Shown one piece after another: positions 1 through 8,038 of a stretch of DNA of 64,000 nucleotides. The notes beneath the pieces were generated by a model. The model searched no databases. It was not told the DNA's origin and saw only the letters and a list, made by a program, of their open reading frames with translations. The DNA comes from Balamuthia mandrillaris (lineage: Eukaryota). The stretch covers positions 62,001 to 126,000 of the forward strand of contig JAVKOQ020000040.1 in the NCBI GenBank assembly GCA_031835245.2. The letters are read 5' to 3'. How positions within the stretch are numbered: the stretch's first letter is position 1; each line of letters starts with the position of its first letter. The translations under genes and the position numbers were made by a program.

Positions 1-56
1 CAGCAGTATTTCCTGCAGAATCGCTGACATCGCCATTCTGAATGAAGCCACGTAAA

Positions 57-99
<43 letters not shown>

Positions 100-408
100 T
101 GAGAAACACGAACGTGATGAATGCCGATGGCATGAACGGTTCCAGCCTTCAGTCCTTCAATTCGAGCAATTATTTGTAACACTCCTGAATTCTGTTAAGC
201 AACATAAGTAAACCAACAAACAGAACATCAAAACATAACTATTGAAAGGGTGTTACCTTTCTGCGAATAAGCACGGTTCCAGATAGTTGCAGGTTGCGTT
301 CCCTTGCACGTCTCAACGGCTGAAGAACAGCAACAGCCTGTCTGATGTTTTCATCTTCCACTGCATTTCAACATTAGACCTTTTTTCAGGAACAGCGAGA
401 AGAGACAC

Positions 409-446
<38 letters not shown>

Positions 447-952
447 CATGGAAGAACGAACGAGAAGCTCTGTTGAAGTCCTGAGCAGCAACACCGATAA
501 CGCAGATCCCAAGACGTCCGCCAGCATTACCGACTGGCTGCCCGCAGTCATCCGCACGTTCGTGAACTACAACCGATCTTCCCAAAATCGAGTCCTCGCC
601 CGTAAGTTCCAACAGGTCCAGATCTCTGTCCTCTGTAATTCTTCTTTGAACGGCAGTCCAGTTTCCCTTTATTTTTCGTGGAGACTTTCTTTAGAACGCT
701 GAAGGGAAAGAAGAAAAAGACACAAAGAAGAAAGGAGAAAGAAAGAATAAAGGACACATTAGCACAAACCATGTCACCCGCGTGTCTTTCAGGGTTGGGA
801 GGGCATCCATGATCGATGGAACCACCACCCACAAAGTGGCCACCTGTGCTCAGACCTGATTCTTTGTCGCTGATATCTCCAAACTACAGTTTCAATACCT
901 CAAAGTTAGCAAAGTGCGGGAAGAGCTGCAGGGAAGAGGCCACACCGATAAC

Positions 953-995
<43 letters not shown>

Positions 996-1045
996 GAGAG
1001 ACGAGAGACGAGAGAAGAGAGAGAAGAGACAGACGAGAGAGGATA

Positions 1046-1076
<31 letters not shown>

Positions 1077-1147
1077 AGAGACAGACGAGAGAAGGAGAGG
1101 GGACAGACGAGAGAAGAGAGAAGAGAGAGAGAAGAAAGGAGAGGAGG

Positions 1148-1182
<35 letters not shown>

Positions 1183-1520
1183 AAGAGGAAAAAGAAAAAG
1201 AACCTCGTGGACATGAATGGCATGGGTTTGAAGGTTAAAGCCCTCGATTTGGACGGAAACGGTGGTGATGTCCCTGGGGTCGTCGTTTTGCTCCTTTCTA
1301 AAGATGATGCTGCCAGTAAGTCGGTGCTGTTCTCCAGCCTCCGTGGCCATAAGTTGACAGTGCCCCACAAAGGCTTTATCTGCACATCGGAAACAAAAAA
1401 TATAAGAAAAAAGAAAAACAAAGAGAAAAAGAGAACAAAGAGAGTACTTTGCAGTTGAGCAGACGACAGGCTTGATAGAGCCACCACCAGGACCACCAAA
1501 CAGAGACAACACCTCCACAT
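1..1520 (-). CDS. Secreted multi-domain Cu/Zn superoxide dismutase-like protein (multi-exon, 3' end runs off window)
   Basis: Signal peptide MWRCCLCLVVLVVALSSLSSA (ATG 1520). Spliced exons give HAIHVHE-FGDISDKESGLSTGGHF-DHGCPPNPERHAGDM-SILGRSVVVHERADD-GNAGGRLGICVIG, so all Cu/Zn ligands are present. A second SOD-like domain follows (QAVAVL..LSGTVLI..IEGL..HAIGIHHNGDVSD). Confidence 0.9.
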
Positions 1521-1566
1521 TGTCATCTCTTTCTTTCTTAGTCGAGGTTTTGTTTGAGGCAACAAC

Positions 1567-1598
<32 letters not shown>

Positions 1599-1931
1599 GG
1601 AGAGAGAGAGAGAGGGAAAAAAAAGGTTTCCTTTGTGTCACAAACAAAAATAACCCAAACAAAAAAAAACGAAAACAAATATTTAAAAAAAAAACAAAGG
1701 AAAAAAAAGGCTTGTTAGTGAAACATTACTGGAACGGCCTTCCTTTTCCTTTTTCTGTTTTTTGGTGCATGCTCACAGCATGCCTGGCCTTGCCCCTTCT
1801 TTCAAAGGCCTTTCTTTTTCCTTCCAGATAATCGCTGGAGATTTTCTCCTTTTTTTCTGCAAAGTTTCGGCCTAAAATGTGCTCTCTTTTCCTTCGAATT
1901 TCTTGCTGCGCATTTTTTTCGGGGAAGCAGT

Positions 1932-2057
1932 TGACGTGAGTTCGAACCCAAATGCGCGCAACCATTTTTTTGGCAGGAACCCATTGACGTGCGTTCGATC
2001 CCAGATGCTTCCAACTTCTTTTTAGAGAAGGAAGTGACGTGCGTTCGAACCCAAATG
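1932..2057. promoter_or_regulatory. Three stand-alone Pol III B-box-like repeats
   Basis: TGACGTG(A/C)GTTCGA(A/T)CCCA(A/G)ATG at 1932, 1985 and 2035, ~50-bp spacing. The core fits the B-box consensus GTTCRANNC and is near-palindromic. Confidence 0.6.
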
Positions 2058-2421
2058 AGAAGGAACTAGTTCCCGTTCTGCCCGGTGGCTCCTGCGCGGA
2101 AAGGAGGGGAGGTTGGGTGCTGCAACACCCCCCAGTGCAGCTGTTGTTTTTTGCTTTTTTTCAAGTTTCTAGATAAGCCGCGCCCTGCATATCTGTCTGA
2201 GTCTTTGTTTCCGCTTTCGCGTTGCTCATCGCACAAAACCGTAGGCAAGGGCATTGGCACATCTCTACTACTCTAGCCCTTGGTAAGCAAGCACACTTGC
2301 ATCTCTGCCGCCAAAAAGGAGCATTTCGAAAGAAAGAGAGAAGAAATAAACGTACACCACCAGAAGATAACAAAGGAGAGCTTTTTTTTTTTTATAAAAA
2401 AGAAAGGTATCGAGTTAGAGG

Positions 2422-2494
2422 CAAGCCCAGGAGGAATCGAACCTCCGAAAGTAGAAGTGCAGTCCATATACGCTTCCCACCACGGAATAGGCCC
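2422..2494 (-). pseudogene. Degenerate tRNA-Cys(GCA)-like element
   Basis: Minus strand reads GGGCCTA...GT[ATAT]GGA CTGCACT TCTAC TTTC GGAGG TTCGATT CCTCC TGGGCTT G. The acceptor stem pairs (3 G-U) and the T arm is perfect. The D arm is degenerate, position 37 is a pyrimidine and the discriminator is G. A T6 run follows ~20 nt downstream. Confidence 0.55.
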
Positions 2495-2696
2495 ACCCCA
2501 ACGTCCTTCCTGAATTGTACCTTAGTCTCGTTTGAACGAATAAAGAAGATCCTGGTGCGCTAAACTATCCACTATGGGACAACCGCCGTTTCGGTGAAAA
2601 CCATTTTCTATTTTTTTATTGTTATTTTCTCAGTTTTTTATTTATTTTTTGGCTCAAACGTTTATGCATGCTGAGCATTCATGCAAAGGTTGGTTG

Positions 2697-3084
2697 TCAG
2701 AGTCCTCCAAAGTTATCGTTGATCACCGCGTCCACTCCCAGCTGCTTCTGCAGAATAACGTTCTCCTCCAAGTTGTTCTCCTCTCCCCAGGTGAATAAGA
2801 TGAGGCCTTGCTGCTTCACGAAAGAGATCAGGGAGGTGTCCTCTAGCAAAGCCTTGGAGTTGGCCACGATTCCCAAAAACTTTTCCGACTTTGCGAAGAG
2901 GACGGCCTGCTCCAGGCTGTTGCAGCGCATGTCCTTGTGGATGCCGTATTTTGGGTTACCGCATGTGGTCAGGAACAATACCGGATACTTTGGTTGTTTC
3001 TTCCGCAAACTACAAATAAGAAAAAAGCAAAGGAACAGCAAAACAAAAAACGAAGATAGCATGTTAGTAGGGAAAGGAGAGAAT

Positions 3085-3128
<44 letters not shown>

Positions 3129-4854
3129 ACATGGTGGCCATGTCGGGATCAAACGTGGAGAAGACAATTTTACGATTGTCGTTATGGTTGTCAAAGACTA
3201 CTTTCAAAATGGCATCCGCGTATTCGTTCCTGTCCTCCCAATCGTCGGCGTCCCTCTCTCCAACCAAAGGAACGGGATACTTGACCTCTATATTCAAGCC
3301 GACCTCTTCCGGAACGTAGTCAAAGACTTCTTGTAGAGTTGGAACTCCCAAACCGACATCCTCGTCGACAGCGTTCTTCGCCGATTGTTGTTGACTCAGA
3401 CGGTCGATAAGAGGGACCAAAAGTTGGTCGGACTGACGAATGTGGTCCGAGAGGCGAGCAAAGATCTTGCCTGTGTCGTGCTCATCCAAAAAGTCCAACC
3501 GGAGAGAGCGGATCTGTTGGAGAGTCAGTTTGTTTATCGCGATTTCGAGGGGCTGTGTGCTGTTGTCTTGAATGAGAGAATCGCTGAAGTGCAGCAAAGA
3601 AAAAATGAGTTCAAGCAGAGGAAGAAAGAAACAACGCCAGCAGAAAGATAACAAAAGAATGTCGAAAGAGAGAGAGAGAGAGGAGAAAATGAAAAAAAAA
3701 AGAAACAAGAAGGAAGAAAGCAGAAACGTACTTGGACATACGCAGTTCTTTTTTGAGCAAAGCATCCGACTTTTTAACGCTAATGGCGGTGGTGTAGTTG
3801 TGGTAGATGATCGGTATCCTATCCTTAGTCAATTGCACATCAAACTCGACCCAATGGGCACCCTATGGAAGCATACAAGGCAAGTTATAACAAAAAAAAA
3901 ACAAACGATACAAACAAAAGAGAGTCGAACCATCTCAGCAGCTTTGATGAAAGAGTAAATGGTGTTTTCGGTGACGGTGGGATTGGAGTGAGGCGAGGAA
4001 TGAGCGCCGGCTCCGCGATGGCCGATGTTCAGGGCAGGGGAGTCCCAGTAGGCTCCCCAAACTTTGGAGAGGTTGTTTATGGGGTGGAAGAACGGGCGAA
4101 TGATGAGATAGTTGAGATAAAACTCTCCGATGGGAACCATGTTGTCGTTCATCACAGGGCTGATGATGGCTCCACAAGAGAGGTTGCGGTTACGGATCTA
4201 TAAGATAGAAAGAAGAAAGCAAGAAAGATAACGACAGACAACAGTCAGAACTAAAAGAGAAACCAGGAGGGTCAAAACGCGAAAAACTTGAAACCTGCGA
4301 AGGAACAATGACAGCACTGCCCAACCGAGCGGTGCGTGGAGCGCTCTCTTCGCCCTCGCTCTCGCTACCGCTGCTCTCATCGGTGCAAGGAAAGACCTCC
4401 ACCAGAATGGCGGACTTGCGTCCTCCATGTTCGAGGGAGGCCATGCGCCCCCAAAATATGTTTTGACTGCCTGGCTTCCATTCCCAACCATCACTAGGCT
4501 TAAAGAAAGAGTAAGAGAACAGAGAACAGAGACAAACGAAAGAGCAGATGCGAACCTGTTTGATGCCTTGGATGGAGACTGTCGGAATGGAGGAGTCTTG
4601 GTCTTTGTTCTTCAACTCTAGCACGGTAAGGTTGAGAGGAATAGGTTGAGGTGTTTTGCGTTTGACTTGTGTGTCGTTGTTGGCGTGGTATTGAATGGAA
4701 GATATTTTAAGCTTGTAAGGCTGTGGCTCCAGCATTGCTACTGTTGGTCTCTGTCGATACCCGATGCGAAGTCTTCAAGAGAAGAAAGTGAGACTGACGA
4801 AGAAGGAGGAGAAGTAGAGATACAAGTGACAGAGCAAGCGAATGAAAACCAGGG

Positions 4855-4887
<33 letters not shown>

Positions 4888-5589
4888 GAGAATAAGGACA
4901 AGCGAGAAGAGAGAAGATATCCAACAACAGAAGAAAAGAACGAACCTCATTTCATAGTTTTTGAAGAGCCATCCCTCATCCACGTAGTCCACTTGTTTCA
5001 CTTCATGGTCCTGCAGCCGTCCAAACTCGCCGTCATCCACCGAGATCTCCGCCATCAAAGAGCCATTGCTCCCTTCTCCTGTTGTTCCAAGCGGAGAGGA
5101 AGACGAAGCAGCACTCGTCTCTGCTTTCTTTACTTTCTGCTTCGAGTCGCTGAGAGTGCTGACGCCTCTTCGGGGCTCTCCATCCTTTGGCAAGAACGGG
5201 ACAAACCTTCGGTTCTCTCCTTTGATGCTCTCCCAGCGCTTGATGATCATGGCGTCGGCCTCGTGCTTGGAGGGCGCCACGATGAGGTACTTGTACTCCA
5301 CCTCCTCGTCCAGCGGAAGAGAGACGGAGGTGCTCCACTCCGGATAAGCGCTCTCCGAGGTGTTCAACAGGATGCATCTATAGGCGAAAATGACAAGTTT
5401 GACGGCAAAGAAGAGAGAGAGGTGAGAAAGAGAGAGAGAGGTGAAAGAGAGAAACGAAAACAAAATAAAAAAAGACAACGCAGGTTACCTATCGGGCTGC
5501 CAAGAGCCCAATGCTTCATTGGAACCTATCAAAGCGACCAGCTCTCGCTTCTTCGTGTTAGCTCTAACTATAAATTTTACGCTTATCAT
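2697..5589 (-). CDS. Glycerophosphocholine phosphodiesterase GPCPD1/GDE1-like (N-terminal CBM20 + GDPD domain), multi-exon
   Basis: CBM20: [41 protein letters not shown] motifs: [66 protein letters not shown]. Confidence 0.92.
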
Positions 5590-5769
5590 CTTTTTTTCGA
5601 AACAATAAAGGGTCCTTTCGTTCCTCTCAAGCGGCGGGAGAGGAGGGTCGACTCCGAGTTGCGGTTCCTCGCCGCCTGAAAAAAAAAAAAAAGAAACCCT
5701 TCCTTAACTTTGCAATTAAGAAGGAGTTTTCCCGTGATCTTATATTCTTTTTGCTTACCTTAAGATCAT

Positions 5770-6030
5770 TATCAAGCGTTACACAACTTACCGGTTCGAC
5801 TCATGCCTCTGCTGTTTGTTTTTTTTTGTTTAAGTTTAACAAAACGTCCCTTGGTTCGACTCCAACCTACCACGAAATTAGTTTTTTAATTCATCAAAAC
5901 AATGATTAGGCGTTACAAACGTTGCCGGTTCGACTCGTGCCTCTGCTGTTTTGTTTGGTAATGTTGCACCAGATGGCCTTTGGTTCGACTCCAACCTACA
6001 ACGAAACTTGTTTGTAACTCATCAAAAAAA
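5770..6030 (+). repeat. Two ~130-bp tandem units, each carrying two B-box/T-arm motifs
   Basis: GGTTCGACTC at 5793, 5853, 5927 and 5982. The flanks are shared between units (gcgttaca, tgcctctgctgttt, ccaacctac.acgaaa, tcatcaaaa). Confidence 0.85.
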
Positions 6031-6105
6031 ATTAATGGGGTTCCACAAGCAGTGGTGCTTCGGTGAAAGAGTGCTTTGATGGTGAACTGGTACTTCGTTG
6101 TTTAT

Positions 6106-6303
6106 GGACTCATAATCCCCAGGCCCTTGGTTCGAATCCAAGTCCGGGTAATCTTGCAGCGTTCCTGGTATCGGGACACAAGAAGCCTTGTTCGGCTGCG
6201 GAGAGAGAGTGGTATGTTCTCCTGTTCTCTCCCTCTCCAACGAGGCTTTGCGTGACGGAACTACAATCGCATTTACGCCCGGATAGCTCAGTGGTAGAGC
6301 GGG
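6106..6303 (+). tRNA. Circularly permuted tRNA-Met(CAU): 3' half 6106-6150 (nt 29-73) precedes 5' half 6277-6303 (nt 1-28)
   Basis: Joined sequence is GCCCGGA TA GCTC AGTGGTA GAGC G GG|GGA CT CAT AA TCCCC AGGCC CTTGG TTCGAAT CCAAG TCCGGGT A. All four stems pair, and U8, A14, G15-C48, G18G19, G26-A44, U33, A37, TTC-A58 and A73 are canonical. Confidence 0.85.
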
Positions 6304-6339
6304 AGAAAACACTCAGTTGCCCATGCCACTCTCTCTTTG

Positions 6340-6346
6340 TTTTTTT
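6340..6346 (+). terminator. Pol III-type oligo-dT terminator of the permuted tRNA unit
   Basis: T7 run 36 nt after the 5' half. There is no run of 4 or more T between 6037 and 6339. Confidence 0.6.
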
Positions 6347-6465
6347 AATTTTTCATTTTTTTGTGTACAGTTAGTTATGCCACTGAGTCATTACAGAACC
6401 GGTTCTGTAATGACTGTTATAGCGTGTGAGTAGGTTTTATAATCTCTTTAGTATCGTTTCCATTT

Positions 6466-7519
6466 TCAGAACAAGTTGAAGGGCAGAAGCCGATGGGAGC
6501 CGGAGCTCTCGCCCCTGCTCACTTGGAAGGTGTGGATTTTCAAGCCAGCGGTGGCGAACGCGTCGCTTCCGGACTCGAAAAGCTCCAACAACTTTTCCAC
6601 TGCTGTGGAGCCTTGAACGTGAAAACAGGTCAGAAAAAAAACAACACGAAAGAAATGGCAAAAACGCACCTGAAACGTTTTCGTCGTCGTTGTCAACGAT
6701 CCAAAAGTCAAAGTAAACGGAGCCATCAGCAGCCACCAAAAGCTGTCCCAACAAAACTCGGTTCGAAAAATCTCCGAGGTCGCTCTCTTCCAAAACCTTC
6801 ACCAGGGCGGTCACAATACCCTCTCTCTGCTCCTCCAAGCCGCTCAGAGAGGCCGATATGTAAACCGTTCCTTTCGACTGGGTCTGGACGAAACGAGCAA
6901 GAGGATCCCCGATCACTTCTTCCATCAGGAAATATTTGAAGTCGTTCATAGCTTCGCTCTTTCCTTTGAACAAATCCGTAAAGGTGAGAGAGAGAGCCTC
7001 CGAAACAGCCGTTTTCATAGGGAAGGAAAGCCCTTCAGCGCTTATAGAGGCGTCAGTGACTCTTGTGTTGAGCCGCTGCAGAGCGAACTCCGTCGTCTCT
7101 CCGCTCGCTCGGTTGCGTTGCGCACTCACCAAAAGCTCAAAAGTGACGTCCATGAAAAAAGTGGCTTCATAGACTTGATCTACAATCGTCAGCCTCACTG
7201 CCAAGGAAAGGTAGTCCAAAGAGAAAGCGGTTTTGAAGTGGCCGTTCGAAGTGACCGTCTCCAGGGTGGCGTCCCAGGAAATGGTTCCTTCGTGGAAGAG
7301 GTTCGTGTCAAAGTCGACGGAAAGGTCCACGCCGAAAAGTTCGAGAGTGAGAGAGAAGGGCTCTTCAAGTGAGGAGTAGAACACGTTTTGTAGATTATCA
7401 GCGATGAGTCTCTGTTTAGCCGCAATGTCGCGTCCTATGTCCGCGCGGGCGCTGGCACTCGATGACAGCCATACGACAGCCAGAAGGAGGAGCAGTAGAA
7501 AGAAGCGAGAGGTGTACAT
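6466..7519 (-). CDS. Secreted protein of unknown function (one short intron ~6612-6669)
   Basis: Signal peptide MYTSRFFLLLLLLAVVWLSSSASA, a long ORF, and a GT..AG intron joining to the final exon GSTAVEKLLELF...PFNLF*. The C-terminal part (GSVYFDFWIVD) loosely resembles SEA-like domains. Confidence 0.7.
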
Positions 7520-8038
7520 GTTTGCGGCGGATTTGCTTGCTTTTCGTTTGTGATGGTTTTTATTTTCGTCTCTTGTCTCACAGCCATGCTTTTTATTATC
7601 GTTTCTAGCCCACACCAAGCTTTAACGGGGCAGCTCAATCATTCCAACGAGAGCGCGGTGCAATCTATTTCTCCACTCGTGCCCCCCTTTCAAAGACTGC
7701 CCGAAACCCAATCGTTACAGCACATTTCTAACCCAATATATGGTCACGTGAATTACTAAATTAAAGGAATCTCACGGTGATTCGTCATGTTATTTCTGGC
7801 CAATCAGAACAATGATAGAAATGAAGGGACACGCTATAGCGGTCGGCTAAAGAGCACCCCATTTGCTTCTTGTTCTCTTCTATTTGTTTGTCCAGCAACA
7901 AATAACGTGTAAAATGGGAGTGAAGAACGAGAACAAAAGAACACAAAACGATTTTTTTTAAAAAAAGAATAAAATTTAATAAATAAAAAAAAAGCGGTTC
8001 AAAAAAAAAATAAAAGAAAGAAAAGTTTTTCTGTGGTT

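Noticed and set aside
892..1662. Long ORFs with (LS)n/(RE)n, poly-F or poly-K runs, here and elsewhere in the window
   Set aside because: These are read-through of stop-free intronic microsatellites.
2170..2390. RNase P/MRP or SRP RNA
   Set aside because: There are some hairpins, but I could not find paired CR-I/CR-V or the SRP helix-8 consensus.
5625..5680. GC-rich hairpin upstream of the GDPD ATG as an ncRNA
   Set aside because: It is a single hairpin with no family motif and is more simply explained as 5' UTR or promoter sequence.
5770..6030. CRISPR-like repeat-spacer array
   Set aside because: The context is eukaryotic, the repeats are short B-box motifs, the spacers are themselves duplicated, and there are no cas genes.
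6037..6105. Hammerhead ribozyme or group I intron in the leader (GAAA, TTGATGG, TTCG loops)
   Set aside because: There is no CUGANGA core in the right order, no NUH at the junction, and no terminal G or U-G splice-site context.
6277..6303. 5' half as tRNA-Sec or tRNA-Lys (both can start GCCCGGAT)
   Set aside because: The D stem is the standard 4 bp, not the Sec type. The half pairs exactly with the upstream CAT-bearing 3' half, and no other 3' half follows it.
6304..6306. Alternative 31/32 junction using GGAGA from the 5' half
   Set aside because: It introduces an A29-C41 mismatch, whereas 28/29 gives a perfect stem.
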